Positions 1 through 12,511 of a stretch of DNA of 64,000 nt are shown piece by piece. The DNA is from an uncultured Methanoregulaceae archaeon (GTDB lineage Archaea; Halobacteriota; Methanomicrobia; Methanomicrobiales; Methanospirillaceae). The translations under genes were made by a program, and so were the position numbers. Below the pieces are notes generated by a model. The model searched no databases, had not been told where the DNA came from, and worked only from the letters and a program-made list of their open reading frames with translations. Numbering within the stretch: position 1 is the first letter of the stretch; every line of letters starts with the position of its first letter. Location of the stretch: the NCBI GenBank assembly GCA_963841015.1, contig CAWJAX010000002.1, positions 64,001-128,000 on the forward strand. Reading direction: 5' to 3'.

Positions 1-2
1 AT

Positions 3-761
3 CAGCGATCGTCTCTTGTGTGCAACCTCTTTTGGCAGGAGATCATATGCCATGATACCAACCAGTTCATCACTCCGCTTTCCAAAGCGCGAAGCAGCGT
101 TTTCATTGAGTGCCAGAATTATTCCCTGATCATCTATTAATATGACAGAATCTGTCGGTGAATTTATGAGTGCACGAGCAGTCGCTTCACTCTCCAGCAA
201 CGCCCGCTCTCCCTGTTTTTGTCGGGTAATATCGTCGAGGAGGATGGACACTCCTTTTTGTCCATTCTCAAAAACCGTTGGTGCGATCCGGCAGAACAGG
301 ATACTGTTTTTGGACTTGAGGTGTATCTCACCCGACCATTCATAACCGGCAATACCCTCGCGTATCCGTTCGATAAATCCTGTGAATAATTCATCAAAGA
401 CCAGGGCTACGGGGGTATATTCAATATTTTTTCCTGCCAGATTTCTGCTGTCAGTTCCGGTAAACCTGCAAAACGGTTCATTGGCAAAGACTATCCGAAG
501 GTGGCTGTCCAGCTGCACAACCAATTCTGAGGATATCGATAAAACTGCAGAAATCGGGACTCTTTGTGAAATTTTATAAATTTTCGCCATTCCCAGGCGG
601 CGCATCTCTACCTGTCCTGATACCAGCAGAGTTTCAAGGTATCGCCCGGCGGTATTCCTGTTAATGTTAATTACCTTGACAATATCGGTTATTTTCAAGC
701 CATGAGGATTTTTTTGCAAGAGATCTTTTATCTGATCAAAGATTTCTTTTTTGAGAACCAT
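3..761 (-). CDS. winged-helix + PAS domain S-box protein (3' end runs off window)
   Basis: Not in ORF track. Manual translation from ATG at 761: MVLKKEIFDQIKDLLQKNPHGLKITDIVKVININRNTAGRYLETLLVSGQVEMRRLGMAKIY (wHTH), then PAS segments (IVFANEPF..., DITRQKQGERALLESE). Confidence 0.85.
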   Translation of the reverse strand, partial: MVLKKEIFDQIKDLLQKNPHGLKITDIVKVININRNTAGRYLETLLVSGQVEMRRLGMAKIYKISQRVPISAVLSISSELVVQLDSHLRIVFANEPFCRFTGTDSRNLAGKNIEYTPVALVFDELFTGFIERIREGIAGYEWSGEIHLKSKNSILFCRIAPTVFENGQKGVSILLDDITRQKQGERALLESEATARALINSPTDSVILIDDQGIILALNENAASRFGKRSDELVGIMAYDLLPKEVAHKRRSL

Positions 762-918
762 TCTTGAGGATTCTATTGGGTTGTCAGGATATATTAATTC
801 AGATATTTCAATCCGGAATTTTTCCGGTGATTTCCTGGTATGAGCGTCTGATCATGAGAACAGCACAGACGCCCGTTCACGCTCCCTTTCCAACTCCTGG
901 AGCTTCGGCTCGTTGCCT

Positions 919-1353
919 TCATCCCCCCATCACGATCTGCACCGCGGTTGGATACTTCTTCATAATGGCATAAGCGATCGGGCGCGACACCCAGAACCGA
1001 CCCCCCTCAAAGGTACGCAGGGTGCTCACCTCACCCAGCACCTGGAGGGCTGCAAGAGCCGTCTCATCAGGACACATGCAGCTGTCCGGTACATCCGGAG
1101 ACAAATAGAACAGGATCGGGAGCCTGAGCTTCCGCTTCTGGTCGTCCGGGAGGGCTTTTCCCAGGGTTGCGATCACGAATGGGTCAAAATGGTAGGTGTC
1201 CCCCTTTTTGGTGATGGAAAGGGGATTTTTTTCTGCGAGCAGGACCGCAAGAGACTTGCGTTGCGTAACCACGCCCTCGTTTATCTTTGCGATCTCAAGA
1301 CCCATCCAGCGGACAAGGACGGATTCATCGGTGATGCGGGGAGGATGGGACAT
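919..1353 (-). CDS. DUF61 (UPF0216) family protein
   Basis: 144 aa; INEGVVTQRKSLAVLL..E, KKGDTYHFD and KLRLPI motifs typical of archaeal DUF61. Confidence 0.75.
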   Translation of the reverse strand: MSHPPRITDESVLVRWMGLEIAKINEGVVTQRKSLAVLLAEKNPLSITKKGDTYHFDPFVIATLGKALPDDQKRKLRLPILFYLSPDVPDSCMCPDETALAALQVLGEVSTLRTFEGGRFWVSRPIAYAIMKKYPTAVQIVMGG

Positions 1354-1444
1354 TGCCAGCAGATGATCTCCTCAGGAATATAATAAAGCCGGCGGCCGGT
1401 AAACCCGGATTTTTTTACCATCGGCATAACAGCAGAATCGCAAA

Positions 1445-1570
1445 GCTGCCGGTGAAGGAAGAGCACAGAGAAATCTTCAGAAATTATTGAAAAGCAGACG
1501 TGGGACTTCAGAAAAAAATCCTGAAAAAATGGGGATACATGGATTTTTTTATAGATAAAAATAACCGGAT
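1445..1570 (+). repeat. dispersed intergenic repeat, copy 1
   Basis: gctgccggtgaaggaagagcacagagaaatcttcagaaatta is identical to the copy at 17773; similarity continues through aaatcctgaaaaaa..gggg. Confidence 0.85.
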
Positions 1571-1808
1571 TTTCAGCAGATATCTCCGGTTTTCGATAAT
1601 CACGTGAAAATGGGAGATATGTGTTCGCTATCCCATACAATGATGCAAAAAAATTCACCCATCAGGGTGGATGACAAGCTATATCTGGATTTCTCCATCG
1701 TCTCAAAGAACTGAGTTGGAATTGTTTCGAGAGGTTCCGGATAGCACCGGAGTTCCAGTCCGGGATAAATAATTATTTTTTAAAGAAAAACCCTTAACTA
1801 TTTCCCTA

Positions 1809-2966
1809 TCACGACAATTCACCGGACGATTCTGCAAACGGGGCAAGCATAGCGATTATCTGCTCAATTTCTTTACCCTGAGATGCATATTCAGGGGGGG
1901 CACAGGCTAAAAACTTCCTAAAGGAGGCAATTGCTTCCTGATTTTTTCCTAGTTTATTAAGAGCGAATCCTTTGTGGAACCATGAATCAGCATATTCCGG
2001 TTTAAGTGCGATTGCACGATCATAGGCTGCCACCGCTTCTTCCTGCAGTCCGAGTTTTGCGAGCGAATACCCTTTGGTATACCAGACTTCAGGATAATCC
2101 GGTTTCAATGAAATCACCTGATCAAAGGATGCAACCGCTTCTTTGTGCCGGCCGAGCCGGGTAAGTGAAATCCCTCTGCCTGCCCATGCTTCAGTATAAT
2201 CAGGTTTCAGCGCGATTGCGCGATCAAAGGAGAGAACCGCTTGTTCCCGCCGACCAAGTGCAGCAAGCGAAACCCCTTTGCCGTACCATGCAATAGTATC
2301 ATCCGGTTTCAGCGCGATTGCGCGATCAAAAGATGCAACCGCTTCTTCCTGCCGACCAAGTGTAGCGAGCAAAGCCCCTCTGCCGTGCCATGCGATAGTA
2401 TCATCCGGTTTTAAATCAATCGCGTGATCATAGGCTGCTACGGCTTCTTCGAACCGACCGAGTGCAACAAGCGAAACCCCTTTGCCCACCCACGCATCAG
2501 CATAATCCGGTTTCAGCGCGATTGCTCGATTATACGCTGCCACCGCTTCTTCCTGCCAATCGAGTGCAGTAAGCGAAACCCCTTTGCCCACCCATGCATC
2601 AGCATAATCCGGTTTCAGTGCGACGGTGCGATCATAGGCTGCCATGGCTTCTTCGAACCGACCAAGCGCAGCAAGCAAAACCCCTTTGCCGTACCATGCT
2701 ATCGTATCATCCGGTTTCAATGCGGTTGCGTTATCAAAAGATACAACCGCTTCTTCCCGCCGACCAAGTGCAGCGAGTGAAGTACCTCTGCCTGCCCATG
2801 CATCAGCGTAATCCGGTTCCAGCGCAATTGCACGATCAAAAGATGCAACCGCTTCTTCCTGCCGTCCGAGGGCGGCGAGAGAATATCCTTTCGTACACCA
2901 GGCTGTTTCTGTCAATGGCTCTCCTGGATCTTTGCCTTCTTTAGCTCTGTGAAAAAATAACCCCAT
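1809..2966 (-). CDS. tetratricopeptide repeat protein (~10 TPRs)
   Basis: 34-aa periodicity AW..KG.SL..LGR.EEAVA.YDRAIALKPDY; 102-bp DNA repeats. Confidence 0.95.
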   Translation of the reverse strand: MGLFFHRAKEGKDPGEPLTETAWCTKGYSLAALGRQEEAVASFDRAIALEPDYADAWAGRGTSLAALGRREEAVVSFDNATALKPDDTIAWYGKGVLLAALGRFEEAMAAYDRTVALKPDYADAWVGKGVSLTALDWQEEAVAAYNRAIALKPDYADAWVGKGVSLVALGRFEEAVAAYDHAIDLKPDDTIAWHGRGALLATLGRQEEAVASFDRAIALKPDDTIAWYGKGVSLAALGRREQAVLSFDRAIALKPDYTEAWAGRGISLTRLGRHKEAVASFDQVISLKPDYPEVWYTKGYSLAKLGLQEEAVAAYDRAIALKPEYADSWFHKGFALNKLGKNQEAIASFRKFLACAPPEYASQGKEIEQIIAMLAPFAESSGELS

Positions 2967-3602
2967 GTTCTCTCCCCGTTGTCTTTCCCGTTCAGGTCTA
3001 TAGAAGAAATAAATTAAATGAACAGAATTTATTGTCCGGTCCGGCCAGGATTTTTTTTCTATGATGGATGAGACAAGGAATAAGCTGGGATCTGCTCTGC
3101 GTTATGCCCTCTTCCCCTGTTTCCAGGTAGCTATTCCACCAAACCGGGTGTATCCGTTTATGGGGATTCCTGGTGTGTCCTGATGGATTATCAGGGAAAG
3201 ATTTTTCTGTATATACCTGGCAATAATCCGATCCCAACACCCGGTCCTTTCAGCATCCTTATCCGGCGAGTTATACCTCGCCAGGGGTTGTACAGGAAGG
3301 GTAACCATACCAGTCATACCTATCAGATAATACATAAAATCTTGTGTTTATTCCAGATTTTGAAACAAGTTTTGAGACAAATCTCTCCCTTAGAATCATA
3401 CTTTCATAAAAATATTCATCCATTTTTGTAACATGACCAAAGCATTATTTGCCCGAAAGTCGAGTAAGACACCATTTATGGGTTTTTACGATCATACCTG
3501 ACCACCCCACTGTTTTACACAAAGAGAATAATCCGGGGTGTCTTTCTGACTGAATGGTTAACCAAAAAAGATTAAACAAAAAAATACCCGGGGCAATAAA
3601 AA

Positions 3603-6600
3603 TTGTGGAACAGGTTTGCATTCAAACGGAAAATAAATTCCAAGGAACAGTGTATACGGCAGACTGATACCAGCCCACTCCGTGACGAACTCTTCAGCGG
3701 GGACCGGCTGGTCCAGCATGCAAAGGAGGCAGCCTGCTCGTACAACATAGAAACCCGCAAAGGGCAGGATCGTCTCCTTCCACGACTTGCCGATAACGAA
3801 AAGGTCCTGCTGAAAACTCATGAACTGCTGCACGCCGCTTTTGAGGCAAAACGCAGGATTGCCCCGGCAGGAGAATGGCTTTTAGATAATTTCTACCTTG
3901 TTGAAGCACAGATCAGGACTGCCCGTCGTCACCTCCCGGAAGATTACAGTAAAGAACTGCCTCACCTGGCAAACGGACCACTTGAAGGATTTCCCCGGGT
4001 GTACCATATCGCCCGGGAATTCATTGCTCATACCGACGGAAGGATTGATACTAAGGTCCTTTTTGGCTTTATCGATGCATACCAGGGTGTCACCCCTTTA
4101 CTGCTCGGAGAACTCTGGGCGATCCCTATCATGTTCCGGCTCGCTCTGATAGAGAACCTTCGCAGGATTGCCGATATTATCTCAGCAAACAGGAGTGCCC
4201 GTGAAACTGCAACCCGCTGGGTTGAGCGGATGACCGAAGCGTTCAGGAAAGACCCGGCGAGCCTGATCTTGGTTATTGCAGATATGGCACGGTCAGATCC
4301 GCCGATTACCAGCGCTTTTGTTGCGGAAATGGCCCGGCAATTGCAGGGCCGGTCCGGGGCATGTTTATTCCCCCTCAACTGGATAGAACAGAGACTTTCA
4401 GAGAGAAACCTGACTATTGAACAGATGATCACTGCAGAAGCGCAGGGCCAGGCTGCTGATCAGGTTTCGTTCGGGAACAGCATAAACAGCCTTCGTCTCC
4501 TTGATACACTGGACTGGCGGGAATTTGTCGAAAACCTGAGTCTTGTAGAGCATACCCTCCGGAGTGATCCTGCAGATGAATATGCAGCAATGGACTTTGA
4601 AACCCGCGACCGGTACCGGCACAGGGTGGAGGAGCTGGCAAAAAAGGGTGGTTTCTCAGAAGAGGATGTAGCAAAAAAAGCGGTGGAACTTGCCTCTGAG
4701 TGCCGGGGCAAAGACACTAAAACCCGGGCATCTCATGTAGGATATTACCTGGCGGACAAAGGAAGAGACTCGCTCGAAAAAGCACTCTTCTTTCATCCTT
4801 CCTTTTCCGACAAGGTTAAAAGATTCGGGTATACCCATCTTCTTTTCCCATATTTCTGCGGGATCCTTTTCATAACGCTCCTTGTGGCTTTTTTTGGGTA
4901 TACACAGCTCATCACCTATGACTGGTTTGTTACCCTGCCAGTCTTATGTCTTCTCCTGTTTCCGGCAAGCCAGGGTGCCCTTGCGGTTATCAACTGGTTC
5001 GTGACTCTTTTACTCGCCCCGGATTTGCTCCCGAAGATGGACTTTTCAAACGGGATACCCCGGGAGGCAGGAACCATCGTTGTAATCCCGACGGTCCTCT
5101 CAGGACCTGGTGATGTTCCAAAACTCCTTGAGTCACTGGAGATCCGGTACCTTGCAAACCAGGACGATAACCTGCATTTTGCCCTCCTGACCGATCTTTG
5201 GAACGCGCCTGAACGGGAGCTGCCGGGAGATGAAGAGACAGTTGATCTGCTAGCAGCCGGCATTGCAGACCTGAACAGGAGATACCGGCCCGAAAAGCCG
5301 GATACCTTCTTCCTCATGCACAGGTCCCGGACCTGGAATGCACAGGAAGGGGTCTGGATGGGATATGAGAGGAAAAGGGGGATTCTCGAGGCTTTCAGTA
5401 CTCTCGTATCGGGAAAAGGAACCAATGCATTCTCCCGTATCGTGGGCAACCTGGAGATCCTGGCCGGTATCAGCTATGTGATCACCCTGGATACTGATAC
5501 ACAACTCCCGCGGAATAGTGCGAAAAGACTTATCGGTGTGATCGCTCACCCGCTCAACCGGCCGGTTCCAGACCCGAAAACGCTGGTGATCAGGGAAGGA
5601 TATGGAGTCCTCCAGCCACGTGTTGCTCTTGCCATGTCAGGATCAGGAATATCCTTTTTTGCATCCGTTTACGGGGGTGAGCCGGGTATAGATCCCTACA
5701 CCCGTTCAGTATCTGATGTGTACCAGGACGCATTTCATGAAGGATCCTTCATGGGAAAAGGGATCTATGATCTCCAGGCCTTCTCACGATCGGTTGACGC
5801 ACGGTTTCCTGAAAACCTCATCTTAAGTCACGACCTGCTGGAAGGATGTTATGCAAGGACAGGTCTTGTCACTGATGTTTCTGTCTTTGAGGAGTATCCG
5901 GCCAGTTACCTTGCTGACAGCAGGCGAAGGCACCGCTGGATCCGGGGCGACTGGCAGATTATACCCTGGCTGTCTGCGTTTGTTAAGGACATCTCTTTAA
6001 AAAAGCAGAGAAATCCGCTCACCCTCCTCTCACGATGGAAGATCTTTGACAACCTGAGAAGAAGCCTTGTTGCACCGGCAACGTTTCTCCTTTTCATCCT
6101 GTCATGGACCGTTCTTGAGGATCCAATCTTCTGGACGGCTTTTGTTGCATCGCTTTACCTGATCCCCCCGATAATTATTACCGGTTGGAAAGGTATAAGA
6201 AAACCCGGAGAACAGACCTGGATGCTGCATCTCTATGATATGCCCAGGGTAATCCGGAGCCAGCTGGCAGTACCGCTGCTTTCCCTTGCCTTCCTCCCGT
6301 ATGAAGCATATATTTCCCTTGACGCAATCCTTCGTTCCTGCTGGCGGATGGTGGTTTCACATCGTAATCTTCTGGAATGGACGACTCACCAGGAGGCCGG
6401 GCGGACGGGGAATCCCAGCCTTACGGAAACATACCTCATTATGTTGCCGGCACCGGTAATCGGGGTAGCATTACTCTTAGCAATGGCTCTTAACCCCCCT
6501 GCCTCTCCTGCTATCGCCTTGTTTGCTCTTGCATGGACCCTTTCCCCGGCGATTGCATGGGGAATAAGCCAGCCGGTACGACCCGAAACCACCAGCCTTA

Positions 6601-9600
6601 CTCCCGTACAGGAACGTTTTTTACGGGGAATTGCCCGGAAAACCTGGCGTTTTTTTGAGACCTTTGTCACCGCTGAAGATAACTATCTTCCCCCGGACAA
6701 CTACCAGGAGCGGCCATTGGTAGCGGTGGCCCACCGCACATCCCCGACAGATATCGGACTCTCTCTGCTCGCAAATCTGAGCGCCTATGACTTTGGGTAT
6801 ATTCCGTCGAGTGAACTGATTGAGCGGACACACAACACCGTAACGAGCGTCGGGTTGCTGAAGCGATTCCGTGGTCATCTTTACAACTGGTATGATACCA
6901 TCACCCTGGAGCCGCAACTCCCCCGGTATATCTCTACGGTTGACAGTGGCAACCTTGCTGGAGACATTCTCGTATTGAGGCAGGGACTCTATGAACTCCC
7001 GTCTTACCCGGTCCTTTCAAAGGGATTTGCCGGCGGTTTGTCAGATACACTCTCACTCCTCTCTGATGCTATCGATAGTTCTACAAAAGAGAGAAAGGGG
7101 GTGGTGCCGGGAGCTGTCCGGTCTAAGATTGCAGACCTTAAAGAGGGGGCAGCCCGACTCCCAGGGCCGACGTGGGAAACCTCAAAACAACTATCCGGTC
7201 TTGACAGGATTGCTTCAGAAGTCCTGGATGATCTCTCGAACCACCAGGATGAAGAAGTCAGGTGGTGGGCTGCAGCGACAAAGCGACAGGTCGAGACGCA
7301 TGTACAGGAGTTTAAAACCTTTACTGCATGGGAATCCACGGGCACTCCGCCGGATAGTATATGGGATGAGGTTCCGCAGGATCTGGTGCCATTTCTTTCA
7401 CTGTTCTGCACAAAGTTTGAGTCGCTGAATAACCAGGTCCCTTCTCTCGAAGAAGTCGCCGGTATACGGCACGATCTTAATACCCGGCTCGGCCCCCTTC
7501 TGGAATGGCTGGACTTCCCAGGGGATACGAACAGCACCTCCGGTCCGGGTCATCAATGGCTGATCCGGACGCTCGCAGGGATGAGAAACTCGGGTGAACG
7601 GGCAGAAGCACTCATCTCATCACTATCGCTTCTTGCAGACCAGTGTAGTGCATATACTGATATCGAGTATGAGTTCCTGTATGACAGGACGAGTAATCTT
7701 CTCGCTATCGGGTATAATGCAACGGATCTCAAACGGGATACAAGTTTTTATGATCTGCTTGCCTCAGAGGCACGGCTCACCAGCTTTATCGGTATAGCCC
7801 AGGGTCAGCTCCCCCAGGAGCACTGGTTCGTGTTAGGGCGTCTGCTCACAACTATCGGGAGCGGGAAGCCAACCCTTATCTCATGGAGCGGATCGATGTT
7901 CGAATACCTGATGCCACTCCTTGTGATGCCGACCTATGAGAATACCATCCTCGATCGCACGTATCATGCGGTAGTAGCACGGCAGATCGAGTATGGTCGC
8001 ATACGGGGTGTTCCCTGGGGGATATCGGAATCCGGGTATAATATCACCGATGCGATGATGAACTACCAGTACCGGGCATTTGGCGTTCCCGGCCTGGGGT
8101 TCAAGCGGGGACTTGCCGAGGACCTGGTTATTGCCCCGTATGCTGCAATGATGGGTCTGATGGTTAATCCGGCTTTGGCCTGTAATAATCTCGAGAAGAT
8201 GGAGTCCCTTGGGTATGCAGGAAAGTATGGATTTTATGAAGCCGTGGATTTCACCCCGTCCAGGGTGCCTCCGGGCCAGAGCCACAGGATGGTAGAATCA
8301 TTCATGGCACATCACCAGGGAATGTCCCTGCTCTCGTTAGCCTACGTATTGTTAAACCGTCCTATGCAGAGGAGATTTGAGGCTGATCCAAGACTTTCTG
8401 CAACGGTGATGCTGCTCCAGGAGAAGATGCCGAGGAACTTACCATTCTACCCGCATTCCGGTGAGATACAGGGAGTCCATAAAAATACAGTAGAATCGGG
8501 ATCCCTGGTGCGGATTTTCAAGACCCCGCATACCCCCCGGCCTGAGGTGCATCTCCTCTCGAACGGCAGGTACCATGTTATGGTAAGCAATAGCGGAACA
8601 GGGTATAGCAGGTGGGACAACATTGCTGTAACCAGATGGAGGGAGGACCCCACTGCAGACACCAGTGGTACTTTCTGTTATATCAGGGACCTTTCAAGCG
8701 GGGAGTTCTGGTCGAACGGGTATCAGCCCACAAAAAAGAGCCCGGATACCTACCAGGTGATCTTCCGGCAGGCCCGGGCTGAAATCCGGCGAAGGGACCG
8801 GGAGTTTGATACCCGTACTGAGATTATAGTCTCTCCTGAAGATGATGTAGAACTGCGAAGTATACGGGTGATTAACCGGTCGTGGAAACGACGGACAATA
8901 GAGTTTACCAGTTATGCTGAAGTGGTGCTGGCACTTCAGGCTTCAGATGAAACTCATCGGGCTTTCAGCAATTTGTTTGTCCAGACCGAACTGGTACGGG
9001 AGAAAAATGCAATACTCGCAACGAGAAGACCACGATCAGAAGGGGAACATCCCCCCTGGATGCTTCACCTGATGACCGTTCATGGTACACAGGACAGGAA
9101 TATTTCCTTTGAAACAGACCGGTCGAAATTTATCGGACGGGGAAATTCACTTTCAAGACCGGTTGCCATGACTGATTCTTCAACTCTTTCTGATACTGCA
9201 GGTTCAGTTCTCGATCCGATAGTTGCCATCAGGTGTACTATTACCCTGGATCCCCAGGAAACCGCGGGCGTGAATATCTTTACCGGGATCAGTGAGAGTC
9301 GTGATGGAGCAGTCGCCCTGGTCGAAAAGTATCATGACAAATACATCGCTGACCGGGTCACCGAGCTGGCCTGGACGCATGCCGAGGTCAGGCTCAGGCA
9401 ACTGAACGTCACAGAGCAGGAGGCACAATTGTTCGGTTCTCTTGCCTCCTCGGTGATCTATGCAAATCCTTCCCGGAGGGCAGGCCAGAATGTACTTCTG
9501 AAGAACAAACGAGGCCAGTCAGGCCTCTGGGGGTATGGAATCTCCGGAGACATCCCAATCGTGCTGGTTCGGATACAGAGAAGGGACCGGATCAGTCTTA

Positions 9601-12373
9601 TCAAAGAGATGGTGCAGGCTCATGCATACTGGCGGATGAAGGGACTGGTCGTCGATCTGGTGATCTGGAACGAGGACCCGTCAGGATACCGGCAGGAACT
9701 GCAGGACGAGATCATGCGCCAGATACCCCAGGGTGCTGATTCATCGTTATTAAACAGGAACGGGGGAATTTTTATCCGGCGTCTTGAGCAGATGTCAGAT
9801 GAGGATCGTATCCTTATACAGACCGTGGCAAGGGCTGTAATTTCAGACCATGGAGGTACGCTTGCCGAGCAGATGGAACATGCCGGCTGGGATGAGATTG
9901 CAGTCCCGGCCCTGCTCCCCAGCAGGAAACCGTACCCTGAACAAAACGCCGGTCCTGGTACGACTGGCAAAGGACTTCTCTATTTCAATGGTACCGGGGG
10001 ATTTTCTCAGGATGGCAAAGAGTATGTCATCATACGGGCAAACGGGACGGTGACTCCAGCACCCTGGGTGAACGTGATTGCCAACGAGAAATTCGGGACG
10101 GTCATATCAGAGAATGGCAGCAGTTATACCTGGAGTGAGAATGCTCATGAGTTCAGGCTGACACCCTGGATGAACGATCCGGTCCTCGATCCCTCCGGGG
10201 AGGCTCTGTATATCAGGGATGAAGAGACCGGCATATTCTGGTGTCCGGCCGCATGGCCTGCCCGAAGAGCACACCAGTACGTGACCCGGCATGGGTTTGG
10301 GTATTCTGTATTTGAGTATTGTGAGGAGGGGATAAGCACTGAACTGACCGTTTCTGTCTCCATCGACTCTCCGGTTAAATTCATGGCTCTCCGGATCAGG
10401 AACAGATCGGGTCGCACCAGGTTCCTGTCTGTCACCGGGTATGCAGAATGGGTTCTCGGGGAACTGAGATCGAGATCGCTGTTGCATGTGATCACGGAAA
10501 TGGATCCGGTATCCGGAGCAATTTTTGCTAAAAATCCCTATAATAGTGAATTTCCTTCACGAGTAGCGTTTCTTGACGCCAATATCATAAACCGGACCGT
10601 AACGGGTGACCGGTATGAGTTTATCGGACGGAACCGATCACCGGACAAACCTGCTGCTATGGAGCAGACCCGTCTCTCCAATAAAGTCGGAGCGGGCCTG
10701 GATCCCTGTGCCGCAATGCAGGTCCCCTGTGAACTTGCCAATGGAGAAGAACGTGAGATTATCTTTACCCTTGGTGTCGGACGGGATAGTGATGATGCAA
10801 GAACTCTTGTTTTGAAAAACCGTGGAGTCGGTGCTGCACACGAATCACTTGTCGCAGTAAAAGAATACTGGAGCCGGACGCTGGGAGCAGTTAAAATTAC
10901 CACTCCTGACCTGTCAGTGGATCTGCTCGTCAACGGGTGGCTTCTCTACCAGACAATTTCCTCCCGGCTGTTTGCACGTTCCGGTTTTTATCAGTCAGGA
11001 GGCGCCTTCGGGTTCCGTGATCAGCTGCAGGACGTGATGGCACTCATCCACTCCCGGCCTGAACTGACGAGGAAACACATTCTTCTCTGTGCCGGACACC
11101 AGTTTGATGAAGGTGATGTCCAGCACTGGTGGCACCCGCCCATGAACAGAGGAGTGAGGACCCACTGCTCTGACGATTATTTATGGCTCCCGTTCGCTAC
11201 CTGCAGGTATGTACTCGGCACCCGCGATACCGGGGTTCTGGATGAGAAAATTCCGTTTATTGAAGGGCGAAAGGTGCTCCCTGAGGAAGACTCGTATTAT
11301 GACCTGCCGAACCAGTCAGCGATTTCCGGGACCCTGTATGAACACTGTACACGTGCTATCCGGTGGGGATTGAAGTTCGGGAAGCACGGTCTTCCTCTGA
11401 TGGGGACCGGTGACTGGAACGACGGGATGAATCTTGTCGGAGCAGAGGGCAGAGGAGAGAGTGTATGGCTGGGATTTTTCCTCTTTGACCTTCTTATGCG
11501 GTTCCGTGAGATCGCAGAGCTCCACCAGGATCCCGCGTTTGCGGAATTATGCAGAGTGAACGCCGGGTGGATTCGGGAAAATCTGGAAAGAGATGGGTGG
11601 GACGGAAGTTGGTACCGTCGTGCATTTTTTGATTCGGGCCAGCCACTTGGATCTTTTGTAAACCCTGAATGTACGATAGATTCTATCACCCAGAGCTGGG
11701 CTGTCCTCTCAGGAGCTGCTTCCGGCGAGCGGGCAAAAAAAGCTCTTGAGGCAGTACATCAGTACCTCATCTTACCCGGTGACCGCCTTATCACCCTCCT
11801 TACCCCGCCATTTGACACTTCTCCCCTTAATCCCGGGTACATCAGGGGATATGTCCCCGGGTCCGGGAGAACGGGGGACAATTTTCCCATGCTGGTATCT
11901 GGGTTGTGATGGCTTTTGCAGCTCAAAAAGATTTTTTGAGAGCGTGGGATCTGTTGCCGTTTTTAAGTCCGATCCACCATAGCAGAACACCCGGGGATGT
12001 CAGCAAGTACCGGGTGGAGCCGTATGCAATCGCTTCTGATATCTATGCTGCCCCTCCCCATACCGGAAGGGGTGGCTGGACCTGGTATACGGGGTCGGCC
12101 GGGTGGATGTATACGCTCATCCTCGAATCGCTCCTTGGAGTGCGGCTGTCAGGGAACATTTTAACGTTCAATCCCTGTATCCCGTTGACATGGAGATCGT
12201 ATCAGATTGAGTACCGGTATCGGTCCACATTATATCATATCATAGTTCAGAACTCCGGTACGGGATCTGGTGTAAAATCCATTGTCGTTGACGGGATTGA
12301 CCAGGCTGAGAAGACTATTTATCTGGCAGATGATCAGGGAGATCACCAGGTAGTGGTGGAACTTGGGGTGTGA
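3603..12373 (+). CDS. cyclic beta-1,2-glucan synthase (ChvB/NdvB/Cgs-like; GT84 + glucoamylase-like + GH94 phosphorylase), one frameshift near 11860
   Basis: EWLLDNFY, GYERKRG, YVITLDTDT, SHDLLEG, RRHRWIRGDWQ, SWSGSMFEYLMP, QSGGAFGFRDQLQD, GDWNDGMN. Adding one G at GGG 11859-11861 restores PGVRENGGQFSHA and joins ORF 11906-12373 (RGGWTWYTGSAGW). Confidence 0.93.
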
Positions 12374-12511
12374 GACACCTTGAAAAAGTATCAAAGGCGG
12401 TAAAGAGTTCCGGTGCAGCCAGCAGGAGGTACGGGACAAGAAGGTACGTGTGATGCAAACGCCATCGAATATATATGAGAAGAGGAGAATAATCGCTGGT
12501 TTGCGAAGATA

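Noticed and set aside
1809-2966. 102-bp periodic repeats as a CRISPR-like array or DGR template/variable pair
   Set aside because: Explained by 34-aa TPR coding repeats; no reverse transcriptase and no adenine-specific variation is evident.
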